32,000 nt of DNA, taken from a bacterium. Its GTDB lineage: Bacteria > UBP7 > UBA6624 > JBBIMK01. This document shows positions 1 through 9,407 of the stretch, in pieces. The notes under the pieces were generated by a model. It was not told where the DNA came from. It saw only the letters and a program-made list of their open reading frames with translations, and did no database searches. The position numbers and the translations under genes are program-made. The DNA lies in assembly GCA_037444445.1 (NCBI GenBank), contig JBBIMK010000017.1, positions 16,103 through 48,102 on the forward strand, in the 5' to 3' direction. Numbering within the stretch: position 1 is the stretch's first letter; every line of letters starts with the position of its first letter.

Positions 1-354
1 AATGGCTTTCGGGTTTATTTCCGGAATGACCAGGGGCACATCAGGGGAAAGGCGATAAGCGCTGGAGAGGTCAATCACCACGCACCCACAGTCCACTAAA
101 AGGGGTGCCACAGCCCGGCTGATGGGAGCATCCAGACAGAGGAAAACGATGGAGGAATTCTTAAATCTTGCCGCCGGGTTAGGAAATAGAGGCTGTACAT
201 CCTGGAGTATCCCATAATCGTCCTGGTAAGCATCGTATATATCATGGCCAGAGGCGAACTGCCAGTGATAACTGTTCCACGGAGGCGTCTTGCGAACGAT
301 TTCCGCCATCGTTGAACCGGTGAGGCTATAAAATCCTGCGAGTCCCAGTTCCAT
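1..354 (-). CDS. asd: aspartate-semialdehyde dehydrogenase-like protein, N-terminal 118 codons (gene continues past the left edge)
   Basis: Absent from the ORF track because it runs off the edge. My manual minus-strand translation from ATG 354-352 gives MELGLAGFYSLTGSTMAEIVRKTPPW...SSIVFLCLDAPISRAVAPLLVDCGCVVIDLSSAYRLSPDVPLVIPEINPKAI. The VVID-SSA-R-DVPLV-PE-NP block is the familiar Asd N-domain signature. The ATG lies 3 nt after the dapB stop. The GxxGxxG loop is poorly kept, so a paralogue is possible. Confidence 0.5.
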   Translation of the reverse strand, partial: MELGLAGFYSLTGSTMAEIVRKTPPWNSYHWQFASGHDIYDAYQDDYGILQDVQPLFPNPAARFKNSSIVFLCLDAPISRAVAPLLVDCGCVVIDLSSAYRLSPDVPLVIPEINPKAI

Positions 355-357
355 CTT

Positions 358-1167
358 TCATCCCTTCCTGTTAAAAAGGAGGCTTTCCAGCCCCATTCGG
401 AGGCCGCGGGTGTGGACCACCTCTCGCAATGCCAGGAGAACACCGGGCAGGTAAGCCTCCGGATTGATTACGGAGTGAGAGATAGTGAGGATTTCGCCGG
501 GAGAGGTGAGGAACACGGTTTGAGAGGCAGTGAATCCGGGGAGGCGAAGGCTATGAATCCGAATTCCGCCCACGGAAGCGCCGCGAGCCCCCGCCACCGT
601 CTCTGAGAATGCAGACTCCTCTTCAATCCTCCCCGCCTCCTGCATCTGTCTGGCTGTGGTTAAGGAGGTTCCTGAGGGAGCATCTCTCTTCCCCCGGTGG
701 TGGATTTCCACGATTTCAGAGGCGGGGAAAAAGGGAGCTCCTTCCCGGGAAAATTTCATCATCAGCACAGCACCAATGGAAAAATTCGGAGCCCAGATCA
801 GCGCCACCCCCTCCTTCTCCGCTTCCTCCCCTAACCGGTGGAGCAGGTCCTCGGAAATCCCTGTGGTTCCCACCACCTGATGAATCCCCTGACGGATGAG
901 ATAGGAACCGTGGCGGGTGAAGGCATCCGCAGAAGTAAAATCCACGCTCACCTCAGGCTGAACCTCTTTCACCGCAGATTCTACGGATGCAAAGACGGGG
1001 ATGTCCGGGTAGTCATCGCCGAGGGCTTTCAGCGAAGAATGAGGGAAGTGAGGGGCCACGCCTCCGACCACCTGCACGGACGCGCTTTCCCGCACTCCAG
1101 CCCGGGCAAGACCGCAGGCTATAGCTCTGCCCGCTCGCCCCGTCGCTCCACACACCAGCACCTTCAC
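358..1167 (-). CDS. dapB: 4-hydroxy-tetrahydrodipicolinate reductase
   Basis: 269-aa ORF with an MKVLVCGATGRAGR dinucleotide-binding N-terminus and EIVEIHHRGKRDAPSGTS, both typical of DapB. GTG start at 1167 with AGGTGA just upstream. Confidence 0.9.
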   Translation of the reverse strand: MKVLVCGATGRAGRAIACGLARAGVRESASVQVVGGVAPHFPHSSLKALGDDYPDIPVFASVESAVKEVQPEVSVDFTSADAFTRHGSYLIRQGIHQVVGTTGISEDLLHRLGEEAEKEGVALIWAPNFSIGAVLMMKFSREGAPFFPASEIVEIHHRGKRDAPSGTSLTTARQMQEAGRIEEESAFSETVAGARGASVGGIRIHSLRLPGFTASQTVFLTSPGEILTISHSVINPEAYLPGVLLALREVVHTRGLRMGLESLLFNRKG

Positions 1168-1292
1168 TCTCTCACCTGCCTCAGGGGGATAAAAACTGAT
1201 TCCCTTCTTCCATCTTCTTCCCCTCTCCCCTGCTTTTCATCGTTTGGATTCTGAATCACCAGAACTTGTCCCAGATTCCTGATTTTTTAACC

Positions 1293-1976
1293 TCAGGGCA
1301 TTTCCCCTCCAGACTCTATCCACTCCCGATACAATTTCATCATTCCCTTCCAGTCTTTGGGAATCGTTGGCGATTCCGAAGATGAAGAAGGGAAGCGGAT
1401 GATGAAACGGGCTCTAAACTTTTCCGGCTTCAATGGTTTCCCGTTTTTCCCCTTCAATCCCCGGGCTTCTATGATGTACACCTCTCCAGGATGAGGATAG
1501 AACTCCGGCAGGAGGTGGAAGTAGACTTCCCTCCCTCCTTTCTTCCACTGGAACTCCCCTTTCCCCCGGACAGGGAAGGGGCCTATCTGCTTCTCATCGG
1601 GCTGAACAATATAATAGAACAGTCCCCCCTCCACGGAAGCCTGGTCCATAGGTTGGCTAAACAGAGCGGCTCCTGTAAAGTTGGGAGGGATTTTCCTGCT
1701 TTTCAGAGGATTGGGCGTGAGGGCAAGAATCTGTGGAGGCTCATTCTTCGCCTGATAGACGCTGAATACCGCTCCCCCCGCAAACAGTAAGACCACCCCT
1801 ATCCCGACCCCTGTCACCCACCTTCTAAAGTGGAAAGGTGGGAAAAAGGTATGCATTCTCCCCCCTTCCCTCCTCTCAAGTTTCATATCTTGCATCCCTA
1901 TCTCGGGTGGGATTGCCCTGCCAAGATTGAGGGTTTCCGTTTCTTCCTGCAAGGGTGGTTTCCTTTTGACCTTCAT
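1293..1976 (-). CDS. hypothetical membrane-anchored protein
   Basis: The track ORF 1293..1997 starts at a TTG. The first ATG (MKVKRKPP) is at 1976, after AAGGAAAGG. It has a basic N-tail, one TM helix (WVTGVGIGVVLLFAGGAVFSVY) and a beta-rich ectodomain. No family recognised. Confidence 0.5.
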   Translation of the reverse strand: MKVKRKPPLQEETETLNLGRAIPPEIGMQDMKLERREGGRMHTFFPPFHFRRWVTGVGIGVVLLFAGGAVFSVYQAKNEPPQILALTPNPLKSRKIPPNFTGAALFSQPMDQASVEGGLFYYIVQPDEKQIGPFPVRGKGEFQWKKGGREVYFHLLPEFYPHPGEVYIIEARGLKGKNGKPLKPEKFRARFIIRFPSSSSESPTIPKDWKGMMKLYREWIESGGEMP

Positions 1977-2018
1977 TCTGCCTTTCCTTTTACCCAACCC
2001 TGACTCCGACTGGTTGAT

Positions 2019-2762
2019 TCACTTCGCCACCGCATCTGCCTGAACGGTGAACTTCACATCAAAGCCAGACCCGGAAATGACCCCTAAAGTAGGGTTCACC
2101 TTGCCAGTGCCACTTCCCACCACCTTCTTTAACTTCCCATTCTCGGTGGAAAGATAGACTTTTCCCCTGAAATGAACTTCTTCCCGATGCCCCAGGACGC
2201 CGGTATATTCATTTTCATAGTCAATTTCCGCCTCAATTTCCGCAATTTTATCTTTCACCGATAGCAGTTTATATTTCCCCGTGATTGAGCCCTTCTGACC
2301 CCTGTCATCCCAGGGGCTATAATAGGGCCAGACATCCCCCGGTTTCACCTCTATGAGAGGATACAACCCTACATTAAACGGGTTGAGCGGGTGCATCAGG
2401 AACTCCGATTCATCCGCACAGATGTAGCCGGTGATAAAAGCAGGGGTGAGAGTGGAGGACTCTATTTTACAGCGAGATTTCATTTTCACCAGCCCGTCGG
2501 GACGATCCTCTGCTTTCCACAGAGTGGCTTTTTCCACTACGGTGCCTTTTGCCACCTTTGTGAAAAACCCCACTTTCGCCGTGCCATCCAGGGTCGCAGA
2601 AATCCGGAAATACTCCATCGCTCCTGTGGCAAGAGTATATTTGAGGGTATACAGGGTCGGAGGCGGGGCTGACTCCTTCGGCGGATTCCCCGGTTTCGCC
2701 GATACCACCCCGGTCAAGAGAGTGAGCAAAAGATAAACACCCCACCTTTTCCTTCTCCTCAT
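2019..2762 (-). CDS. hypothetical secreted protein
   Basis: Track ORF 2019..2849 trimmed to ATG 2762. MRRRKRWGVYLLLTLLTGVVSAKPG is a classic signal peptide, and GAGGTGG lies upstream. No family recognised. Confidence 0.55.
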   Translation of the reverse strand: MRRRKRWGVYLLLTLLTGVVSAKPGNPPKESAPPPTLYTLKYTLATGAMEYFRISATLDGTAKVGFFTKVAKGTVVEKATLWKAEDRPDGLVKMKSRCKIESSTLTPAFITGYICADESEFLMHPLNPFNVGLYPLIEVKPGDVWPYYSPWDDRGQKGSITGKYKLLSVKDKIAEIEAEIDYENEYTGVLGHREEVHFRGKVYLSTENGKLKKVVGSGTGKVNPTLGVISGSGFDVKFTVQADAVAK

Positions 2763-2810
2763 TTCTTCACCACCTCTTGTTATAGCAATTACCATTATAC
2801 ACCATTTTAA

Positions 2811-2858
2811 CAGGAGAAAGAAATGACACCTTTTGGGGTCAGGCACCAAACGGTGTCA
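2811..2858 (-). terminator. intrinsic terminator candidate after the OstA-like gene
   Basis: Hairpin with 2824-2830 pairing 2852-2858 (7 bp) and 2832-2836 pairing 2846-2850 (5 bp), a 9-nt loop and one 1x1 mismatch. On the minus strand it is followed by TTTCTTTCT. It lies 12 nt after the stop at 2870. Confidence 0.45.
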
Positions 2859-2869
2859 CATCTGATTTT

Positions 2870-5236
2870 TCACAGCCCCACATCGCCTGTGGCTTTCTCC
2901 AATGTGGGCAAGCCGGTTTTCAAATCGTAGAGAAAGCGAGCCCCTTTTAACTCTGCGCCTTGCTTCGTTGTCAGCGTGATATTTCCTTCCACCACGAGGA
3001 TAGAGTCCAGGATAAGAAAATAGGCGCTATCACCGGTGATTTCACCATCTCTGGATTCCAGTTTCACCGGTCCTGTGAAATCTATTTTATCGTTTTCTTT
3101 CTCTCCCTTCAGGGAGGAGCAGGTGAGATGGAAGGAGTTTTCGTTCATCCGGCGGGTGAGAGCCACATTCCCTTCTGCCTGAAAGGTGTGAGTCTCGTTC
3201 TCGGGTTCGCCCGAAGAGAGGGATGAGAATTTATCTGCGGACAGCGTGGTAGCTTCCTCTTGCAAGCGGGCATTTCCTGTGATTTCCATCTTCTTTTCTG
3301 TAAAGGAAAGAGTAGAACCGGTGAGGGTGGCTCCACCGTCGCTGCCCAGGAAATTCTCCGGGGTGTTCAAGGTGACATCGGAGAGTTCACCTTCCCTTCC
3401 ACCATCCGTGGGCTGGTGATACAGGAAGTTAGAGCCTGTGATGGTCAGGCGTCCCTGCTGGATCCGGGAGTTCCCGTCCACCTGCATAGAAATGGGTTCA
3501 TAGGTGAAAGAAACCGCCCGCCCGATGACAACCAGAGGTCCTTTACCAGCCCCAATAGCGGATGGCAGACTGGTTTTCAGAAGGTGAATCTCCGGCGAGC
3601 CGGTGGCGGTTCCGGACTTTTTTTCCGTATCCAGAGAGATAGCATCTGCAGTGAGGATAAAATCTTCCTGCTGTTCGGGCTCCGGGCGGGTCTTCAACTC
3701 TGCGCTCCCTTTCAGACTCACGAAAGGCTCTTGAAGGGTCAGGGTTTCCGCAGAGGCCTGGAAGGTTTTCCCCGTCAGCCGTGCTTTCCCCATCAAGGCT
3801 ATGCGGTCCTGCTCTTTCCTGGCCGATGAAGCGGAGAAGGTGTAGCCTTTATATTTCCCCTCGGTCCCGCCGGTAAAATGAAAATAGGAAGAGCCCTTCC
3901 AGTTGCCCTCCGGAGCCCGAATGGAGGTCTCTTCCTTCAGGAGAGTGAGGCGTAAATCCCCGCTCCCTTCCCCGGTTTTCTCCTTCTGCTTCAAAGTCAG
4001 GGTTCTGGCGAAGACCTCATAGCGCTCCGTGGTTACATGGGAGTTGGCCAGGAAAAATGTGGAGGAGGAAGGAAAGAATGCAAGTTTGGAAGCGGAAGCG
4101 GAGGACTGCCCCTGCTCTATCAGAACATCCCCTTCCGCAATCAGGTCGCCTTCATCTATCGTAGACTGCAACAGCCTGGCGCGAAGCGTTCCGGGTGGCG
4201 CCTCTGCACCGGTGTAAAACCACTCCGGATGAGAATCTTTCACCAGTACATTGCCCGACAATCGCAGTTGATTCTCTTTAACAATCACCGTGGCTTCTTC
4301 CGCAGTGATGCCCATAGATTGATGAGATATATCCACATTCCCTCTGGCGAAGAGGTAGCCCAGTTCCCAGTAGAACTCCAGGGAGTCAGCGGAGAGGAGG
4401 CTGGAAGACCCGAAAGAGGCATCCCCGCGCCCGTCGGAGTAGACCTTTTTCGTCTCCGTATCCACCTTCAATGAATCTGCAAAGAGGGTATTCTTCCCGG
4501 ACCTCACTGAGGCTTTTTCCCTCCTGAATGGTAGGGTTAACTCGGACTGAAGAAAGAAGCGAGAGGGCCAGGAAATCCGTTGCAAGTAAAAATTTTTCGT
4601 CCACTCCTTTCCATGCAAATCCGCATACTTAAAGTTCTCCTGATACTGGATGTATTCCGCCTCCATCTGCACCTTTTTCTTTCCCTTGAGTTGAACCTTC
4701 ACATTTCCGAACAGCTCTGCCATTTTCTGGTCCGGGTAATACAGAAGAACATCGGCGGTGAAACGGTGGCCATCCCGGGTGGTGATGAGAGTACGGCTGG
4801 GGGCGAAAAGCGTCCGATACTGCTTAGCCCAGTAGAGGCTATTCGTGGAAATCCTGGCACCGTCGGAGGTTATCACCTGTATCTTATCCTCAAATTGGAG
4901 TTTCCGCAAGTTCCAATCGTAACTGGCTTTGCGGGCTTTCAGGCTCGCCACCTTCTCACCCTTTTCATAAAATTCGGCGTTCGTTATACCCGTGAGATTA
5001 GAGATAGAAAGCGTTTCTTGTGAGGTTCCTTTCTCCGCCTCCAACCGGGCGATGGGGACGCCTTCCTCATCCACCACTTCCACCTTCACATCCCTGGATT
5101 CTGTGGGCACAGTCCCCCGATTCAGAATCTTCTGCTCCAGTTCAGTAGATTTCTGAAAGATGAGGTGGATGCCTTCGTAGACCCCTGCACCCGCCAGCCC
5201 CATCAGGAGAAGAAAATGAACGGTATGAAACTTCAT
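2870..5236 (-). CDS. membrane-anchored protein with repeated LptC/LptA (OstA-like) modules
   Basis: 788 aa with an N-terminal TM helix (MKFHTVHFLLLMGLAGAGVY). The strand motif of OstA/LptA jellyrolls recurs: FGNVKV, ARGNVDI, LSGNVLV, AEGDVLI, ITGNARL, AEGNVAL, VEGNITL. The first ~180 aa resemble LptC. Confidence 0.6.
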   Translation of the reverse strand: MKFHTVHFLLLMGLAGAGVYEGIHLIFQKSTELEQKILNRGTVPTESRDVKVEVVDEEGVPIARLEAEKGTSQETLSISNLTGITNAEFYEKGEKVASLKARKASYDWNLRKLQFEDKIQVITSDGARISTNSLYWAKQYRTLFAPSRTLITTRDGHRFTADVLLYYPDQKMAELFGNVKVQLKGKKKVQMEAEYIQYQENFKYADLHGKEWTKNFYLQRISWPSRFFLQSELTLPFRREKASVRSGKNTLFADSLKVDTETKKVYSDGRGDASFGSSSLLSADSLEFYWELGYLFARGNVDISHQSMGITAEEATVIVKENQLRLSGNVLVKDSHPEWFYTGAEAPPGTLRARLLQSTIDEGDLIAEGDVLIEQGQSSASASKLAFFPSSSTFFLANSHVTTERYEVFARTLTLKQKEKTGEGSGDLRLTLLKEETSIRAPEGNWKGSSYFHFTGGTEGKYKGYTFSASSARKEQDRIALMGKARLTGKTFQASAETLTLQEPFVSLKGSAELKTRPEPEQQEDFILTADAISLDTEKKSGTATGSPEIHLLKTSLPSAIGAGKGPLVVIGRAVSFTYEPISMQVDGNSRIQQGRLTITGSNFLYHQPTDGGREGELSDVTLNTPENFLGSDGGATLTGSTLSFTEKKMEITGNARLQEEATTLSADKFSSLSSGEPENETHTFQAEGNVALTRRMNENSFHLTCSSLKGEKENDKIDFTGPVKLESRDGEITGDSAYFLILDSILVVEGNITLTTKQGAELKGARFLYDLKTGLPTLEKATGDVGL

Positions 5237-5314
5237 CCTCTATTATTTTACCCCGGAAATTTCGTGCAGTGAAGGGCTACCTGCTCCCCCACCTGAAGTG
5301 AACAGGTAATTCTC

Positions 5315-6787
5315 TTAATCCTGCGGGATTGAGATGTCCAGCATTGTGGGGGGACCGTAGCCGAGGGATTCTAACGGTTTGTCAAAATCCGTGCTTTTAC
5401 CCACGGTGAGAAAGATAAAGGATTCCGGATGAACTTTTCGTCGTGCCGCTGACAGCATCTCTGCCTTCGTTGCCTTTACGATGCCTTCCCGATACCGCTC
5501 CAGGAAATCCGCCGGATAGCCGTAGTATTCGTAGGTCAATTGCCTCTGAATGATTTCGCCTGTGGTATCAAAATTGAAGATAAAGGAGTTCAGCAGGCTC
5601 TCTTTGGCATACCGGATGTCCTCTTCGTTGAATTCGCCGTTCAGCATCTTCTGAAACTCTTCCAGGATAGAAGAGATGGCTTCCAGAGTGGACTCTGATT
5701 TGGTTCCAGCGGAGGCGGCGAGGATGCCGGGGTAGAGGTAGGAAGCACCCATACCGGCACCCACCGAGTAGGCAAGCCCCTTCTTCGCACGAACAGTAGC
5801 GAAGAGCCTGCCCGCAAACCCGCCAGAGAGAATTTCGTACCAGACCGAAAGGGGAAAATAATCCGGGTCGTCCATCCTGAAGCCCAGATTTCCCATCCTC
5901 AGATTGGACTGGTTCACATCCTCTTTCTCCACATGATAAACGGCAGGCCCGGAGGGGGCAACGATGGGTGGTATCGGCGGGAAGTTCACATCTCCAGGCT
6001 CCCATCCAGCGAAGGCTTCTTCAATTTTTTTCACCAGGTCGTCGGTATCAAAATCTCCCCAGGCTCCTAAAATCATAGCATTGGGCTTGAAATACCTCCG
6101 GTGGAATGCGATCAGGTCATCCCGGGTGATGGAGTCAATGGTCTGATATTCCGTGTGGCGTGCCAGGGGGTGATTCTTCCCGTAAATCAGTTTTGCAAAT
6201 TCCCTGAAAGCGATACCGCTCGGGCTATCATTTCTTCTGGATATACTACTTTTTGCCTGAATTTTCGCCAGAGCGATTTTGTCTTCTGGAAAGGCAGGAT
6301 TCCTGAGGACATCCGAAAGATATTTCAAGCCTTCACCCAGGTTTTCCTTCATCACGGAGAGGGAGGCGAAGCCGGATTCCTGCCCGATGCCCACTTCCAG
6401 AGAGGCGGCAATGGACTCTAAATCTTCATCCAGCTCATCGCCGGAGATAGATTTCGTGCCCCCTGTTCGCATCACGGTTGCGGTGATACCTGCCAGCCCC
6501 ACTTTATCCGCAGGTTCATAGATACTCCCGGTCCGGATGCGCACCTCTATATCCACCGTGGGGAATTCGTGGTCTTCCAGGAGTAAAAGGAGCATGCCAT
6601 TGGAGAGTGGAATGCGCCGGGGATGAGGGATGTCAAAAGCGGGCAGGGGCGGGTATTTCAGCGTTTTCCACAGGGGAGGGGGTTTTCGCCCCACCATCTC
6701 CGAGTCATCCCCTCGCCCCGCTAACAGCAGAAAAAAAGCCCCCAGGCACAGGGTGAAAAAAGCAGGATGAAATCCTTTCCTTCCCAT
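5315..6787 (-). CDS. M16 family peptidase, non-catalytic-type subunit (no HxxEH)
   Basis: Track ORF trimmed to ATG 6787 (MGRKGFHPAFFTLCLGAFFLLLAG signal). It has the M16 two-domain sequence grammar, but GLAGITATVMRTGGT stands where HxxEH would be. It starts 1 nt after the upstream M16 gene stop. Confidence 0.8.
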   Translation of the reverse strand: MGRKGFHPAFFTLCLGAFFLLLAGRGDDSEMVGRKPPPLWKTLKYPPLPAFDIPHPRRIPLSNGMLLLLLEDHEFPTVDIEVRIRTGSIYEPADKVGLAGITATVMRTGGTKSISGDELDEDLESIAASLEVGIGQESGFASLSVMKENLGEGLKYLSDVLRNPAFPEDKIALAKIQAKSSISRRNDSPSGIAFREFAKLIYGKNHPLARHTEYQTIDSITRDDLIAFHRRYFKPNAMILGAWGDFDTDDLVKKIEEAFAGWEPGDVNFPPIPPIVAPSGPAVYHVEKEDVNQSNLRMGNLGFRMDDPDYFPLSVWYEILSGGFAGRLFATVRAKKGLAYSVGAGMGASYLYPGILAASAGTKSESTLEAISSILEEFQKMLNGEFNEEDIRYAKESLLNSFIFNFDTTGEIIQRQLTYEYYGYPADFLERYREGIVKATKAEMLSAARRKVHPESFIFLTVGKSTDFDKPLESLGYGPPTMLDISIPQD

Positions 6788-6788
6788 C

Positions 6789-8276
6789 TCACTTCCCTCC
6801 TTTCGGAACTGTGCGAATAAACGCCACCGTTCGGTTAGACTCTTTGAGATACTGTCGTGCCACCCGTTGCACATCTGCGGGCGTCACTTGCATAATTTTC
6901 TCCGGTTCCCGGAAAAGGTTATGCCAGGAACCCGTGATGACTTCAAAAAATGCCAGTTGACCGGAGAGTCCAAAATTAGAGGATAGCCCGCGAATGAAGG
7001 AGGCTTTCGCACGAGTTTGAAATCTTTTTACCTCTTCCGGGGTCACGCCTTCGTCCTGGATTTTCTGAATTTCCAGGTAGATGAGGGGTTCCAGAGCCTC
7101 CGCCGTTTTTCCCTTTACCGGTGTGGCGCTGATTTCCAGAAGCCCGGGATATTTATTTCCGGGCGTGCCGGAGAAAACGGAAACGCCCGTGGCAATTTTT
7201 TCCTGCTTCACAAGGCGTTGATACAGACGGGAAGTGCGCCCGGAGCCGAGAATACTTGCCAGCGCCTGAATGGCCGGGCGGTCTGGATGCACAAACTCAA
7301 CCGTGTGATACCCGATGAAGAGTTGAGGCTGGGCCACATCAAAAAGAATTACCCTGCGCTCTGCATTTTGAGGGGGCTCTTGAGTGACTACCGGTGGGGG
7401 GTCTTCACCCGGCGGGATTCTCGTAAAATACTTCTCTGCGAGGCGTTTTACTTCATCCGGGTCCACATCGCCCACGACGACAATGACCAGGTTTTTAGCG
7501 CCGTAGTATTTTTTGAAAAATGCTTGCGCCTGGGTGAGAGAAACAGTGGAAATGTCTGCGCGATGCCCAATGACGGGGCGACCATAGGGGTGGGCTTTGA
7601 AGGCGGCAGCATCAAACTCTTCTGCCAGCCGCCCGAAGGGGCTGGACTCGGTCCGCAATCGCCGCTCCTCCAGCACCACATCCCGCTCCCTGTAAAACTC
7701 ACGCAGCACCGGGTCCGCAAACCTTTCCGACTCTAACACCGCCCAGAGTTCCAGTCGGTTGGAAGGTAGAGCGTAAAAATACTGGGTGGATTCTGAGGTG
7801 GTGAATGCATTCAAAGAAACCCCGCCATTCTCCTCAATAATTCGGTCAAACTCGTTCGTCACAGCGTAAGAATCTGCCTTCGCACGTAACTTCAGGAACT
7901 CTTCCTGAAGATGTTGAACGGTGTCCGGGTCGGCTTTCCTTTGCACCGCATCCCGATAAGCCTGATAAGCCTCCTCCATGGCCCGTATGGCTTTCTTTTC
8001 TTCCCGATAATTCCGGGTGCCGATGGTGGAGGTGCCCTTGAATGCCATATGCTCAAAAAGATGAGCCAGCCCCGTTTCACCCATGGCTTCATCCACCCCG
8101 CCCACATCGGCATAAGTGCGGAAAGTGAACACCGGCGCCTCTCCCCGGTCCAGCACAAGCATCTTCAGCCCATTGGAAAGAGTGAACTCCACCACCCGAC
8201 TCTCATACTCGGTGTAAGATGCCCCGATGAGCACGACGATGAAGAAAGATATTGCAACCTTCCAGAAATTTTTCAT
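6789..8276 (-). CDS. M16 family zinc peptidase (pitrilysin-like), catalytic subunit
   Basis: The HLFEHMAFKGT zinc motif (HxxEH) is present. N-terminal signal/TM is MKNFWKVAISFFIVVLIGA from ATG 8276. The track start at 8288 is a GTG 4 codons upstream. Confidence 0.85.
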   Translation of the reverse strand: MKNFWKVAISFFIVVLIGASYTEYESRVVEFTLSNGLKMLVLDRGEAPVFTFRTYADVGGVDEAMGETGLAHLFEHMAFKGTSTIGTRNYREEKKAIRAMEEAYQAYRDAVQRKADPDTVQHLQEEFLKLRAKADSYAVTNEFDRIIEENGGVSLNAFTTSESTQYFYALPSNRLELWAVLESERFADPVLREFYRERDVVLEERRLRTESSPFGRLAEEFDAAAFKAHPYGRPVIGHRADISTVSLTQAQAFFKKYYGAKNLVIVVVGDVDPDEVKRLAEKYFTRIPPGEDPPPVVTQEPPQNAERRVILFDVAQPQLFIGYHTVEFVHPDRPAIQALASILGSGRTSRLYQRLVKQEKIATGVSVFSGTPGNKYPGLLEISATPVKGKTAEALEPLIYLEIQKIQDEGVTPEEVKRFQTRAKASFIRGLSSNFGLSGQLAFFEVITGSWHNLFREPEKIMQVTPADVQRVARQYLKESNRTVAFIRTVPKGGK

Positions 8277-8372
8277 CGGACCTTTCACCCCCTTGTAGAA
8301 CCTCTACTCTAATATTATAATCCTTGACTTTCTCCTGGAGAGTTTTCTTTATAACGGGAGAGAAGAAGCCAT

Positions 8373-9407
8373 CTATGGACCTCCTGTCCAGAAGCGGGGG
8401 AGAATCTTCCGTAGCAGGCGGCAGGGGAGCATTCTCGGCCGCAGGTGATTCAGAGTCATCTTCCGGGCAGAACGGAGATAGCCTCGCCACTGGCATATCC
8501 GGGGTATCAGGGGAAGAAGTAGAAAATCTGCCAGGAGGAGCCGGGGGTCGTTGAACAGGGTTCGGATAAAGCGATAACCGAGGAAAAGTCCGATTTCCGG
8601 TAGGTCCAGCAGGAGGCTGGTAAGCGTTTCATACTTGAATAGAAGGAGAAGGTAATTCTTGTGGGCACGCCACCGAACTTGAAAAGTTCGGCGTGAGGCC
8701 CTGCTAAAATGGATAGCCTTCGCCTCCGGGACGAACAAAAAAGAATAACCCAGTAGATTCGCCCTGTAGTCCAGGTCCACATCCTCCAGGTAAGAGAAGA
8801 AGGATTCATCAAAAATTTGCTCCTGAAACGCCAGTTGAAGAAGAAGGGAAAACCGATACAGGGAAGCAGTGGCCGGGATGCCAAAGACCTTTTCTTGCTG
8901 GAGGCGGGTGGTTGAAGCCAGAGGATACCTCTGATATCGGTCCTCCACAACCCGGTCCCGGTATGCGGTATGGCCCGCAGAATCAATTTTCCCATCGGGG
9001 GTTATCAGGAGCCCGCTGGCTCCCACGGAATCCACTTCGGTTTGGAGAGCCTTCACCAGCCTTTCCACATAATCGGGAAAAAGTTCCACATCCTGATTCA
9101 GCAGGAGAATCCCGTCGGCATCCGCACAAGAAATCCCCTGATTCGCCGCTCTGGCAAACCCTTCATTGTTGGGGTTTCGTATCAGAATTCCATTCGGAAA
9201 GTGAGAAAGAAAAATCTCCTGCGAGCCATCGGTAGAACCATTATCTACAAGAATCACGGAACGGATGGGATAGGTTTGACCGGCGATAGACTTGAGAGTG
9301 CGGGGAAGGGTTTCCCTGCCGTTACAGGCAATCACGAGAGCACAAACCTGAAAGGGGGATGGGAGGGTGGAAAGGGCTATGGAATTTTCGTGCTCACTTA
9401 ATCGCAT
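8373..9407 (-). CDS. family 2 glycosyltransferase
   Basis: VCALVIACNGRETLPRTLKSIAGQTYP...VILVDNGSTDGS and ...LLLNQDVE (DxD-like) are typical of GT2. ATG 9407 overlaps the upstream stop by 10 nt. An alternative ATG at 9470 would overlap by 73 nt. Confidence 0.8.
   Translation of the reverse strand: MRLSEHENSIALSTLPSPFQVCALVIACNGRETLPRTLKSIAGQTYPIRSVILVDNGSTDGSQEIFLSHFPNGILIRNPNNEGFARAANQGISCADADGILLLNQDVELFPDYVERLVKALQTEVDSVGASGLLITPDGKIDSAGHTAYRDRVVEDRYQRYPLASTTRLQQEKVFGIPATASLYRFSLLLQLAFQEQIFDESFFSYLEDVDLDYRANLLGYSFLFVPEAKAIHFSRASRRTFQVRWRAHKNYLLLLFKYETLTSLLLDLPEIGLFLGYRFIRTLFNDPRLLLADFLLLPLIPRICQWRGYLRSARKMTLNHLRPRMLPCRLLRKILPRFWTGGP

Noticed and set aside
96-443. 115-aa minus-strand ORF from the track at the left edge.
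   Set aside because: It overlaps the dapB 3' end and is out of frame with the Asd-like reading frame that starts at 354. Its sequence is W/R/S-rich with no family resemblance.
7017-7736. 239-aa plus-strand ORF, and similar antisense or out-of-frame ORFs inside known genes (5568..6005, 20029..20526, 26492..26929, 27469..27909).
   Set aside because: All lie inside genes with strong family signatures on the other strand or frame, and they show biased, motif-free composition.
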